DNA of 64,000 nt, from the NCBI GenBank assembly GCA_024698705.1, contig JAILQX010000017.1:13988-77987 (forward strand), in the 5' to 3' direction. The notes under the pieces are model-generated. The model had not been told where the DNA came from. It did not search any database and worked only from the letters and a program-made list of their open reading frames with translations. Each line of letters begins with the position of its first letter. Position 1 is the first letter of the stretch. Positions 54,455-64,000 of the stretch are shown here, in pieces. The position numbers and the translations under genes were made by a program. This DNA is from Lachnospiraceae bacterium (lineage in GTDB: Bacteria; Bacillota; Clostridia; Lachnospirales; Lachnospiraceae).

Positions 54455-55633
54455 CTAATGATGGAAAAGTCTCACTCCATTGCACACCATGGCCATTCCG
54501 TACTTGTCGGCACACTCTATAACCAGGTCATCCCTTACGGATCCGCCGGGCTGAACAATATATTTTACACCGCTCTTTCTTGCTCTTTCGATATTGTCCG
54601 CAAACGGGAAGAATGCGTCCGAACCAAGTGATGCTCCGTCCATTTTGGCAAGCCATGCCTTCTTCTCCTCAGCAGTAAATACCTCAGGCTTTACCTTGAA
54701 TACCTTCTGCCATGCTCCTTCGGCAAGGACATCCATATATTCGTCGCCGATGTAATTGTCTATCGCATTGTCCCTGTTGGCTCTACCGAGGTCGTCCACA
54801 AACTGCAGGTCAAGTACTTTGGGGCACTGTCTGAGCAGCCAGTTATCGGCCTTCTGTCCCGCAAGTCTTGTACAATGTACTCTTGACTGCTGTCCTGCTC
54901 CGATACCGATTGCCTGTCCGTCCTTTACATAGCATACCGAATTTGACTGTGTATACTTGAGAGTGATGAGCGCAATCTTGAGGTCGATGCGGGCACTTTC
55001 GGGTATATCCCTATTCTTTGTTACAACGTTTGCAAGAAGGGAATCGTCGATCTTTATCTCATTTCTTCCCTGTTCAAATGTGATGCCGAATACATCCTTA
55101 TGCTCTATGGGTTCAGGCTTGTAATCCTTATCTATCTTTATGACGTTATAATTGCCCTTTTTCTTTGCCTTGAGGATCTCAAGTGCTTCGGGCTCGTAGC
55201 CGGGAGCTATAACACCGTCACTGACTTCTCTCTTGATGATATTGGCTGTAGATACGTCACATATGTCGCTGAGTGCTATGAAATCACCGAAACTGCTCAT
55301 GCGGTCCGCACCTCTTGCTCTTGCATATGCGCATGCGAGCGGGCTCAGTTCTCCGAGATCGTCAACCCAATAGATCTTTGCGAGCACATCATTGAGCGGA
55401 AGTCCCACTGCTGCTCCCGCAGGTGAAACATGCTTGAAACTTGTTGCTGCCGGAAGCCCTGTGGCTTCCTTAAGTTCCTTTACAAGCTGCCAGCCGTTAA
55501 AGGCATCCAGAAAATTGATATAGCCCGGACGACCGTTCAAAACCTCGATGGGAAGATCGCTTCCGTTATTTGTAAATATCTTTGCCGGCTTCTGATTCGG
55601 ATTGCAGCCGTATTTTAATTCAAATTCTTTCAT
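54455..55633 (-). CDS. purH: AICAR formyltransferase, short form lacking the N-terminal IMP-cyclohydrolase domain
   Basis: LKYGCNPNQ, GYINFLDA, SFKHVSPAGAA, KYTQSNSV, GAGQQSR, SDAFFPF, VRLFHH. Confidence 0.9.
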   Translation of the reverse strand: MKEFELKYGCNPNQKPAKIFTNNGSDLPIEVLNGRPGYINFLDAFNGWQLVKELKEATGLPAATSFKHVSPAGAAVGLPLNDVLAKIYWVDDLGELSPLACAYARARGADRMSSFGDFIALSDICDVSTANIIKREVSDGVIAPGYEPEALEILKAKKKGNYNVIKIDKDYKPEPIEHKDVFGITFEQGRNEIKIDDSLLANVVTKNRDIPESARIDLKIALITLKYTQSNSVCYVKDGQAIGIGAGQQSRVHCTRLAGQKADNWLLRQCPKVLDLQFVDDLGRANRDNAIDNYIGDEYMDVLAEGAWQKVFKVKPEVFTAEEKKAWLAKMDGASLGSDAFFPFADNIERARKSGVKYIVQPGGSVRDDLVIECADKYGMAMVCNGVRLFHH

Positions 55634-55669
55634 GACTTTTCCTTTCAAATAAAATGCCGATAAGAACGA

Positions 55670-56383
55670 TCAGCTGTTCTTATTGATTATGCGTGAGGTG
55701 AACTCTCCTGTCTCGATATCGATGAATCTCGTGAAAAGAGAGACCTTGTTGTCCTCGTTGAGGTTCTTCCAGATCATATCCGTGAATTCATCTATATTGC
55801 CTTCGATCTTAACCCACTTGGGTTCGCCCTCAAAGCTCGGGAGCGGGTTACCGTCTCCCATGTATGTATGTATGAAATGTCCCTCTCCGGCAACGGGGTT
55901 CGTATATGCAAACGTATATCTGTTGCACGCATCCGGATTACCGTTGTTGCTCTTTAATATACTCATCGCATAGTTATAGGTTCCGTTCTCAACATGCATG
56001 ATGCCTGAGATCCTGGGTGTGTAATTCGGTCCGTCGGGCTCGAATTCCCTGGTCCTCAAAGACTGCTCAAACGTAAGCTGCTTATCCATTCCTTCGTAAA
56101 TGGTATCGGTCTGGTCGCCGTTTGTAACGATCGTCTTGTTGCCGAGTACCCTTACCGGTGCATAGATGATAAGTGAAGGATCGCTCAGTTTACTCGGGTC
56201 ATATGCCTGTGTCCTGATGCCCTTTCCGTCAACAACAAATACCCGGTTTCTGCTGTTTACGCTTCTTCCCATGATGAAATATGCCGTTACCGCATATTTG
56301 CCGTCTGCCGTTCTGCCTATCACTATTCCTCTTCCGGGATATGAATTGGCAGACAATTCCGTTGCAAGATTCATAAATTCCAT
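55670..56383 (-). CDS. Stand-alone IMP cyclohydrolase (PurO-like)
   Basis: YPGRGIV, AYFIMGRSVNSRNR, SLIIYAP, IVTNGDQTD, FEPDGPNYTPRISG. Confidence 0.85.
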   Translation of the reverse strand: MEFMNLATELSANSYPGRGIVIGRTADGKYAVTAYFIMGRSVNSRNRVFVVDGKGIRTQAYDPSKLSDPSLIIYAPVRVLGNKTIVTNGDQTDTIYEGMDKQLTFEQSLRTREFEPDGPNYTPRISGIMHVENGTYNYAMSILKSNNGNPDACNRYTFAYTNPVAGEGHFIHTYMGDGNPLPSFEGEPKWVKIEGNIDEFTDMIWKNLNEDNKVSLFTRFIDIETGEFTSRIINKNS

Positions 56384-56428
56384 TCTTATATCTCCTTTAT
56401 ATGATTTACATAACTAATAAATGAAGAT

Positions 56429-57430
56429 CTATCTCCTTTTATTTGCGAGATATTCCCTTATCTTTCTGACACTTGTCAGATGCATTTCCATGGGTCCGGC
56501 GGTGACAAATACGGTATCTATGCCCCGGCTCTCCGCGTGATCGCAGATCGACTTAAGGTCTGTCTCCACATAACGGTATTCTCCCATGTACTTGAATCTT
56601 TCGGTGTAAAGAATATAGCAGGCCTTGCCCTGGTTGATGAATATCTCATCGTTATCCTGAAGTGTAAATATCTGTATCTTGTCAAGCCTGTCTATGATCA
56701 CCTGCTCAAGTATACCATAAAGACTTTCAAAAAACTTATAGTCATTATCCTTTTTTTCTTTTAATGCGATCCCCTCATATCTCCTCTTGAGCAGCTCTGA
56801 GAAAAATATGAGCTCGTTCATCGGCAGATCCTTGATCGCGTCCACGTATTCGTGGGCATTGCCGGCATGCTCAAACGGTATATGGCCAATCTCCTTCTTT
56901 CTCTCATCGGTGATCCTGAAGGGATTTGTAAACCCGAGTATGGGCATCGGATTGAACCTTAACGGCGCCTTTGCACTCTTATCCTTCGTCATGGTATCAA
57001 CTTCGCTCTTGTTGAGCATGATCTGGATACTTGCATTTTTATCATATCCCAGAACATCCTGCATCCATGAAACCTTAGCGCCGAGGCATTTGCTCTCGTG
57101 TCCCGGGTTTATATCAACAAGTTCTATACCTAAGTGAAGAGCTATATTAAGTACCATTTCCAGACCCAGGGCCGGTTTTTCATTGTCTATGAGCCCCAAC
57201 GGATATATGCCGTCAAGCACCTCATAACCCTGTTCATCGATATAGTTCATGGCGTATTCGGGATCGGTGAACATCATTATGATCCTGCCTTCCGAAGTCG
57301 TTCCAACGTAAGGGAAACTGTAGCCCATCATCATCTCGGCGTTGACCGTGGAAAGAAGGATGTAAAGCTTCCCCGATGTATATTCCTTAAGTGCCTTTAC
57401 GGCTCCTTCTTCGTTCATATTTTCCTGCAT
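56429..57430 (-). CDS. Hypothetical protein (SseB-like N-terminus possible)
   Basis: 333-aa ORF in operon context; GGGAGAG SD before ATG 57430; no firm family motif. Confidence 0.65.
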   Translation of the reverse strand: MQENMNEEGAVKALKEYTSGKLYILLSTVNAEMMMGYSFPYVGTTSEGRIIMMFTDPEYAMNYIDEQGYEVLDGIYPLGLIDNEKPALGLEMVLNIALHLGIELVDINPGHESKCLGAKVSWMQDVLGYDKNASIQIMLNKSEVDTMTKDKSAKAPLRFNPMPILGFTNPFRITDERKKEIGHIPFEHAGNAHEYVDAIKDLPMNELIFFSELLKRRYEGIALKEKKDNDYKFFESLYGILEQVIIDRLDKIQIFTLQDNDEIFINQGKACYILYTERFKYMGEYRYVETDLKSICDHAESRGIDTVFVTAGPMEMHLTSVRKIREYLANKRR

Positions 57431-57455
57431 AAGATCTCTCCCTTGTATTATTAAA

Positions 57456-60077
57456 TCACTGCACAAAGCCTTCTTCGTTCAGGCGCCTGCGTTCCCTGTT
57501 CATCTCTTCGTAGAGTTCCATGGCCGGCATTCGTCTTGCGCCCTCACCGAAAATAATGACCTGCTCAAGTCCGTCACTCGTAGCAACTATTATATCATGT
57601 TTCTTTGCTAATTTATGCACTGTTTTTTCAATATACTGATCCGCTGTTTCGGCTTCCTTCGTATATACCACGTATATGTTGTCCTCATGCTTCACGCTCC
57701 CGGGATTTCCCTTCACCTTATAAGCATCAAACACAAGGATCAGCGTGCATCCGACACTGCCCTGATAATTGCTGCATTCCCTTATGAGAACCTCTCTTGC
57801 CCCGTCAAGATTGTCCGCGGCTATCTCCTTAAGATGGGGCCATGCAAATATTATATTGTAGCCGTCAACCAGCAGATATTTGTCCTTTGCCTCCACAGGC
57901 TTGTATACATAGGGCTTCTGCGCTTTATCACCTGTAGCAGGCTTTTTGTTCCCGTAGCCTATATATCTGTATGGCGTGAGTTCTTCTTTGCTTTTATGAT
58001 AGGTGTTCATGTAGATATTTTCTATCTCTTCCATGGAAATATCACGCGAACCGCTCGCTGTCCGTGCTTCTTTTGCCATACGTACGGGATCAAAGCCGCT
58101 GTCCTTCTGTCCGTCCTTGGCACTGTCGTTTTTCAACACGTCCCGCAGCTTATCGTCAACGTTGACGTGCGCCATCTCTTCCACCTCATACCACGGAACT
58201 ATGATCCCTGCTCCGTGCGAACAAAATACGGAAGATGACGGGTTTTCAGCATCCGCATCCGGGTCATAGCCTCTCTCATCTATCACTTCTTCGGCGTCAT
58301 GACACGGCACATAACCGTTTATCTCATAATTGAAGTTTCCGCGTCCCTTTGTATAATTATTGACCTCCCTGCCGTATTCCCTCATGGTCTTCAAGGGTGC
58401 AACACCGCTTATGGTACATAGATCACCTTCTGTCAAGGGTGTACCGCTCGTCCCCTTAAGACGGCTTATATCACTTATGGCACGGCCTGTCTCAGCGATC
58501 GGAACTGTAAGAGTAAATGCGATCTGCGGCTCCAGCAGTATGCTTTCCGCCTGCATCAGTCCCTGTCTTATCGCCCTGTATGTAGCCTGTCTGAAATCAC
58601 CGCCTTCCGTATGCTTGGTGTGAGCCCTGCCGCCTATAACGGTTATCTTCATATCGGTCAGTGCCGAACCGGTCAGTACTCCCTTATGCACCTTTTCCGT
58701 GATGTGCGTCATGATCAGTCTCTGCCAGTTAAGTGCCAGATCGTCTACAGAAACAAATGAAGCAACGCTTATCCCGCTTCCGGCCTCACCGGGCTCCATC
58801 AGAAGATGAACCTCCGCATAATGTCTGAGTGGTTCAAAATGACCTGTTGCATGTACCGGAGCGCCTATGGTCTCCTTATATACGATACGCCCCTTTCCGC
58901 ATCCTATCTCGGCGTCGAAACGGTCCTTATAAAGTCTCTGTATGATCTCAAGCTGTACATCTCCCATGATCTGTACGCTTATCTCACCGCTTTCTTCATC
59001 CTTCTCGATATTGAGCTCGGGGATCTCCGAAGCCAGCGTGAGCATATTGCGGTAACATATCGTATTGTCGGTTCCCTGAGGAGGTATGATCGCATATCTC
59101 ATGACGGGAAGCATGATCGGTGCATATTCACCGTTTTCAGCTCCCAATGTATCTCCCGCCCCGATCTTATCTATGCCTGTAAGTGCACATATTGTACCGG
59201 CATCCGCCGCCTGCAGGTTTTCGTATTCGTGACCGTTGTATCGTCTTATCTCATTTACCTTATATTCCCCGTATGCGGTCTGTACGGTATCTCTGACCTT
59301 CAGCTCTCCGCCGGTGATCTTAACATGCGTAAGCCTGTTGCCCTTACCATCATTGCCGATCTTATATACCCTTGCACCGAATTCTTTTGAATAGTTTCTC
59401 TTCGGTCTGTATTTCGTACATACTTCCAGCAATCTGTCTACGCCTTCGTTCTTAAGCGCGCTTCCGAACACAAGCGGTATGATCTTTCCGACGGCTACCG
59501 CTTTTCTTATGCTCTCATCGCTCACTGTTTCTCCCGAAATGAACTCATCCATGATCTCATCGTCGAGATAGGCCATATATTCCATATCTTCTTCGTCAAA
59601 CGCGTCATCGTGAAAGTCCATTATACCCTCGGACAGCTTTGAAGTGAGCATAGCAATAAGGGCGTCTTTATCGGCGCCCTCAAGATCCATCTTATTGACA
59701 AATATAACGGTTGGGATCCCATACCTTCCCAGAAGCTTAAAAAGTGTGCGTGTATGGGTAAGACGGTCATTTCTGCTTATAACCAGTATCGCAAGGTCCA
59801 TGACCTGAAATGTTCTCTCTGTTTCTGCCGAGAAATCAACATGTCCCGGTGTATCCAGTAAAGTTATGTTAACCTCATTGTATCTGACAACTGCCTGCTT
59901 TGCAAATACGGTGATGCCACGTTCCCGCTCAATGGCGTGATCGTCGAGCATACTGTCACCATGATCCACCCTGCCCTGCTTTCTTAAAACTCCGCATGTG
60001 TAAAGCATTGCTTCGGCGAGTGTTGTTTTTCCCGAATCGACGTGGGCCACAATCCCAACGACCAGATCATTGTCCAT
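57456..60077 (-). CDS. EF-G/TetM-like translational GTPase fused to a C-terminal NYN (YacP/Rae1-like) nuclease domain
   Basis: AHVDSGKTT, ERERGIT, DTPGHVDF, NKMD; C-terminal LLVDGYNII, LVFDAYKV, ETADQYIEK, VATSD. Confidence 0.88.
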   Translation of the reverse strand: MDNDLVVGIVAHVDSGKTTLAEAMLYTCGVLRKQGRVDHGDSMLDDHAIERERGITVFAKQAVVRYNEVNITLLDTPGHVDFSAETERTFQVMDLAILVISRNDRLTHTRTLFKLLGRYGIPTVIFVNKMDLEGADKDALIAMLTSKLSEGIMDFHDDAFDEEDMEYMAYLDDEIMDEFISGETVSDESIRKAVAVGKIIPLVFGSALKNEGVDRLLEVCTKYRPKRNYSKEFGARVYKIGNDGKGNRLTHVKITGGELKVRDTVQTAYGEYKVNEIRRYNGHEYENLQAADAGTICALTGIDKIGAGDTLGAENGEYAPIMLPVMRYAIIPPQGTDNTICYRNMLTLASEIPELNIEKDEESGEISVQIMGDVQLEIIQRLYKDRFDAEIGCGKGRIVYKETIGAPVHATGHFEPLRHYAEVHLLMEPGEAGSGISVASFVSVDDLALNWQRLIMTHITEKVHKGVLTGSALTDMKITVIGGRAHTKHTEGGDFRQATYRAIRQGLMQAESILLEPQIAFTLTVPIAETGRAISDISRLKGTSGTPLTEGDLCTISGVAPLKTMREYGREVNNYTKGRGNFNYEINGYVPCHDAEEVIDERGYDPDADAENPSSSVFCSHGAGIIVPWYEVEEMAHVNVDDKLRDVLKNDSAKDGQKDSGFDPVRMAKEARTASGSRDISMEEIENIYMNTYHKSKEELTPYRYIGYGNKKPATGDKAQKPYVYKPVEAKDKYLLVDGYNIIFAWPHLKEIAADNLDGAREVLIRECSNYQGSVGCTLILVFDAYKVKGNPGSVKHEDNIYVVYTKEAETADQYIEKTVHKLAKKHDIIVATSDGLEQVIIFGEGARRMPAMELYEEMNRERRRLNEEGFVQ

Positions 60078-60078
60078 G

Positions 60079-61428
60079 TTATATCCCCAGCAGCTGTGTA
60101 GCGATACCAAAGTAGATCAGAAGCGAGATCGCATCCACGATAGTCGTGATAAACGGCGATGCCATTACCGCAGGGTCAAAGCCAAGCTTCTTGGCAAACA
60201 TCGGCAATGTACAGCCGACGATCTTGGCTATGATGACCACGCATATCAATGTAAAGCATACAACAAGTGCCACGCTTATGCCCACCTTATCGAAGAGCAG
60301 AAGTTTGGCAAAATTACATATCGCAAGGGTGACTCCGCAAAGCGCGGCAACCCTGATCTCCTTGAATATGACCTTGAACATGTCCCCGAATTCTATCTCA
60401 TCCAGTGAAAGTCCACGGATGATCGTGACCGAAGCCTGTCCTCCGGCATTACCGCCTGTATCCATGAGCATGGGTATGAACATCGTAAGTGCGACATATA
60501 TGCTCAGAGCATTTTCAAATGAAGCGATGATTCGCCCCGTAAATGTAGCCGATATCATCAACAGCATCAGCCAGGGTATCCTCTTCTTGTATGTTTCCCA
60601 TATACCGGTACGCATGTAGGATTTGTCCGTAGGCACGATAGCTGCCATCTTTTCGATATCTTCCGTTGCCTCTTTTTCCATGATGTCGACTACATCATCG
60701 ACGGTGATGATACCGACGAGTCTGGATTCATTATCCACAACCGGCATGGCCGTAAAGTCGTATTTCTGGAAGGTTCTCGCAACCTCTTCCTGGTCCATCA
60801 GGGTGTTGATCGAAATAACATTTTCATGCATGATGTCACCGATCAGTTCATCCGGATCCCTGAGCAAAAGGTAACGCAAAGCAACCGTGCCGACCAGTTT
60901 TCTTCTGCTGTCAAGCACGTAACATATATTGATGGTCTCGCTGTCGAGTCCAACCTTTCTTATTCGGTTAATAGCCTGTTCAACCGTGAGATTCTCTTTG
61001 AGATCGACGTACTCCACCGTCATGATGGAACCCGCACTGTCCTCCGGATATCTTAAAAGGTGATTGATATCCCTTCTTGTCTCGGGACTTGCGAGTGTGA
61101 GCAGTCTCTTTACAACATTGGCCGGCATCTCTTCCAAAAGGTCCGTAGCATCATCGGCCATCAGGTTATCGATGATGCCCGCAGCATCCTTATCTGACAA
61201 TGATGTGATGATGAACTGCTGATCGTCCGTATTAAGATATGAAAATACGTCAGCCGCCATATCCTTGGGCAATATTCTGAACAGCTTTACCTGCTGAGCC
61301 TCATCAAGATCCTCAAACAGAGTAGCTATATCAGCCTCATTCATGTCCGAAAGCATCTGGCGAAGTGTTGTGTACTGCTTATTGTCTAAAAGATCGCGTA
61401 CGTGAGTAAGTTCAATGATTTCTTCCAT
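60079..61428 (-). CDS. mgtE: Magnesium transporter MgtE
   Basis: N domain, CBS pair (AGSIMT, GIITVDD), DTGGNAGGQ, DPAVMASPFITT; start ATG 61428 with GGGAGA SD. Confidence 0.95.
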   Translation of the reverse strand: MEEIIELTHVRDLLDNKQYTTLRQMLSDMNEADIATLFEDLDEAQQVKLFRILPKDMAADVFSYLNTDDQQFIITSLSDKDAAGIIDNLMADDATDLLEEMPANVVKRLLTLASPETRRDINHLLRYPEDSAGSIMTVEYVDLKENLTVEQAINRIRKVGLDSETINICYVLDSRRKLVGTVALRYLLLRDPDELIGDIMHENVISINTLMDQEEVARTFQKYDFTAMPVVDNESRLVGIITVDDVVDIMEKEATEDIEKMAAIVPTDKSYMRTGIWETYKKRIPWLMLLMISATFTGRIIASFENALSIYVALTMFIPMLMDTGGNAGGQASVTIIRGLSLDEIEFGDMFKVIFKEIRVAALCGVTLAICNFAKLLLFDKVGISVALVVCFTLICVVIIAKIVGCTLPMFAKKLGFDPAVMASPFITTIVDAISLLIYFGIATQLLGI

Positions 61429-61577
61429 AGCAATTCTCCCAAATATGTGATTTTCATGCAACTTCGCCCGGGTATCGAGGAATCAGTACTGTTTTTACTA
61501 CTCTTCATGAAAACCACCACCTTTCTTAATTGCCATGAGACAAACAGATTTGCCGGATACAGACTTCCGACTTTCTA

Positions 61578-61606
61578 ATAATACTTTTTTAGGGTTTTAT
61601 TGTCAA
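61578..61606 (-). promoter_or_regulatory. Sigma-70 promoter of the mgtE operon
   Basis: Minus strand TTGACA-17 bp-TATTAT, giving a leader of about 140 nt. Confidence 0.75.
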
Positions 61607-61733
61607 TAAAATAGAATCATAAGATGAATTATTTCTTAATAAAATCTGAAGTACCTTTATCTTCTTATATTTATTTGTTATAATAGGATTTTGTAAAAAA
61701 TGCGGACGTGTTCCGCCCAAAAAGAGGAAGTAT

Positions 61734-64000
61734 ATGAACTATTCAAAACATGGTGTGGCACAGAAAAGAAAAGAAGTCAATTCGTTAGGTATCAAATGTG
61801 CGAAAAAACTTAATTTCTATCTTCTTGCCGTTATAATAATGGCCTTCATCGCGATCTCCGTCATTGGTATCTGCGGTGGGCTGGGTGTATTCAAAGGAAT
61901 CATAGATACCTCACCCGATATTACCAATATAGATGTTTCGCCCACGGGCTTCTCAACATTTATATACGACTCCGAAGGCAATCAGACAGCCAAGCTGGTC
62001 GCGACGGATTCAAACCGTATCCCCGTGACCATGGATCAGATACCCGATAACCTCGCACATGCATTTGTTGCGATCGAGGACGAACGTTTCTACTCTCATA
62101 ACGGTATCGATATAAAAGGTATCCTCCGTGCCATAGTTGAGGGCGTAAAGAACAAATTCAAGGGAATGCAGGGTGCTTCGACCATAACTCAGCAGTTGCT
62201 CAAAAACAACGTATTCAAGGACTGGACCGAAGAAGACAGTATGGCAGACAGGATCACACGTAAGATCCAGGAACAGTACCTTGCCATCCAGCTTGAAAAG
62301 GTCATGGACAAGGACAAGATCCTTGAAAATTACATGAATACGATCAACCTCGGTCAGAATACCCTCGGTGTCCAGGCTGCTTCGCTCAGATATTTTGACA
62401 AAAATGTATATGAGCTGACTCTTTCCGAGTGTGCCGTTATCGCAGCAATCACTCAGAACCCCAGCAGGCTCAATCCTATTTCCCATCCCGAAAAAAATAA
62501 GGAACGTAGGGATAAGGTACTTCGTAACATGAAGGAACAGGGCTATATCACAGAGGCCGAATACAATGCAGCCATTGCAGATGATGTATATTCACGTATT
62601 CAGCTTCACAACAGTTCGGTCGAAGATATAACGGTCAATTCGTATTTTGATGATGCCGTTACCGAAGCCGTATACAACGATCTGCTCGCCGCAGGTTATG
62701 ATGAACAGAAGGCTTATACTCTTCTGTATACCGGCGGTCTTGCGATATATTCGACACAGGATCCGAGGATCCAGAAGATCTGTGACGATGTATACAATAA
62801 CGAGGAAAACTATCCGGAAAATACCTACTGGTATCTCCGCTATGCCCTAACTATAGAACATTCCGACGGCGAAAAAGAAAACTTTTCATCGGAAATGTTC
62901 AAGGCATATTTTAAGGAATCCAATGCAAGGTTCAATATGCTCTTCAGTTCTCAGGAAGCCGCAAATGAAGCCATAGAGCAATACAAGACATATGTCATGG
63001 GTTCGGGTGATGAAGTAGTCGCAGAGACCATTTCCCTTACCCCCCAGCCACAGATCTCGCTCACAGTTGCCGAACAGTCAACCGGCAAGGTTGTAGCGAT
63101 GGTCGGAGGCCGCGGTGAAAAGACCGCATCAAGAACCTTTAACAGAGCGACAACGATGACCCGTCAGCCGGGTTCAACCTTTAAGGTCGTATCTACATAT
63201 GCACCCGCGCTCGACAGCGCAGGACTTACACTTGCCACGGTCCAGAATGATGCACCGTTCAATTATGCCAACGGAACACCTGTATCCAACTGGTACGGCG
63301 AAGAATACCGCGGTATCAATTCTCTTCGTACAGGTATCAAGGACAGTATGAACATAGTTACCGTCAAGACCCTCACGCAGATCGGTCCGCAGACAGGTTT
63401 CGATTATCTTCTGGATTTCGGCTTTACAACTCTCGAGACCGGACGTGAGATAAACGGCAAGATATATTCCGATATACAGCAGTCTCTCGCTCTCGGCGGT
63501 ATCACCAAAGGTGTTACAAACCTTGAGCTGAATGCGGCATATGCATGTATTGCCAACGGCGGTACTTATGTAAAACCAAAACTGTATACAAAGGTTGTCG
63601 ATCACGATGGCAATGTCATCCTCGATAACACCGTACCTCAGACCCATCAGGTACTTAAGCAGACAACCGCATGGCTTCTTACATCAGCCATGATGGATGT
63701 TGTAAATGCCGGTACAGGTACCAAGTGCCGTATCCCCGGTATGACGGTAGCCGGTAAGACCGGTACCACTTCGGATTACAATGATGTATGGTTCTCAGGC
63801 TATACACCTTACTATACCGCAACAACATGGACAGGCTATGACAATAACGCCAAGCTGACATCAAACGCGGAACATGATCTCTCCAAGACCATGTGGCAGA
63901 AGGTCATGAGTCAGATCCATGAAGGTATGGAAGACCGACCGTTTACAACTCCACCGGGCATAGTGACCTGTACCGTATGCTCACAAAGCGGTCTTCTTCC
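61734..64000 (+). CDS. Class A penicillin-binding protein (PBP1A family), runs off the window edge
   Basis: Not in the ORF track (no stop in window). ATG 61734 with AGAGGA SD; transglycosylase EDERFYSHNG, GASTITQQL, YMNTINLG; transpeptidase RQPGSTFK, SMN, GKTGTT. Confidence 0.93.
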   Translation, partial: MNYSKHGVAQKRKEVNSLGIKCAKKLNFYLLAVIIMAFIAISVIGICGGLGVFKGIIDTSPDITNIDVSPTGFSTFIYDSEGNQTAKLVATDSNRIPVTMDQIPDNLAHAFVAIEDERFYSHNGIDIKGILRAIVEGVKNKFKGMQGASTITQQLLKNNVFKDWTEEDSMADRITRKIQEQYLAIQLEKVMDKDKILENYMNTINLGQNTLGVQAASLRYFDKNVYELTLSECAVIAAITQNPSRLNPISHPEKNKERRDKVLRNMKEQGYITEAEYNAAIADDVYSRIQLHNSSVEDITVNSYFDDAVTEAVYNDLLAAGYDEQKAYTLLYTGGLAIYSTQDPRIQKICDDVYNNEENYPENTYWYLRYALTIEHSDGEKENFSSEMFKAYFKESNARFNMLFSSQEAANEAIEQYKTYVMGSGDEVVAETISLTPQPQISLTVAEQSTGKVVAMVGGRGEKTASRTFNRATTMTRQPGSTFKVVSTYAPALDSAGLTLATVQNDAPFNYANGTPVSNWYGEEYRGINSLRTGIKDSMNIVTVKTLTQIGPQTGFDYLLDFGFTTLETGREINGKIYSDIQQSLALGGITKGVTNLELNAAYACIANGGTYVKPKLYTKVVDHDGNVILDNTVPQTHQVLKQTTAWLLTSAMMDVVNAGTGTKCRIPGMTVAGKTGTTSDYNDVWFSGYTPYYTATTWTGYDNNAKLTSNAEHDLSKTMWQKVMSQIHEGMEDRPFTTPPGIVTCTVCSQSGLL

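Noticed and set aside
57456-60077. Tetracycline resistance gene (tetM/O/W)
   Set aside because: About 870 aa with an extra NYN domain, in a chromosomal operon with mgtE and with no mobile-element context; not a canonical ~640-aa RPP.
408-63864. Numerous 60-220-aa ORFs on the strand opposite, or in alternative frames of, the called genes (e.g. 18194-18814, 21168-21800, 35004-35636, 40366-41307, 41667-42386, 51544-52482)
   Set aside because: They are fully nested in well-supported genes, lack SDs and family motifs, and are the expected antisense shadows of biased codon usage.

Overview
Bacterial chromosomal window that looks like a Lachnospiraceae-type Firmicute, probably from gut or rumen. 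This is inferred from gene content (GH43s, DegV/DUF1836, short PurH plus PurO-type IMP cyclohydrolase, cpsBCD-LCP locus); no taxonomy search was run. Almost all genes are on the minus strand. In order: (i) 1-5119, a membrane-glycosylation-like operon ending in an edge-truncated, in-frame fusion of a polytopic membrane protein to an ApbE flavin transferase domain; (ii) 5.3-22 kb, housekeeping genes interleaved with conflict-type genes (NERD-like nuclease/SF1 helicase, a DHH phosphoesterase plus TIR-TM-beta-propeller pair, sce7726-like nuclease, Rpn-like nuclease) and several intergenic tandem repeats, including a 72-bp-period hairpin array; (iii) 22.3-40.3 kb, a Wzx/Wzy exopolysaccharide locus with an AT-rich core, a sortase-like lipoprotein lacking catalytic residues and a GT2 fused to a degenerate priming transferase; (iv) 40-51 kb, GH43s, a chemoreceptor, CapA/DUF3160, an esterase and three tRNAs, two with rare A34 anticodons (Leu-AAG, Pro-AGG); (v) 51-64 kb, nucleotidyltransferase, GGDEF-EAL, purH/purO-like, EF-G-like GTPase-NYN fusion, mgtE with a structured leader, and PBP1A (truncated). 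No integrase, prophage, rRNA, cas gene or true CRISPR array was found. All protein calls come from motif recognition, not database searches.
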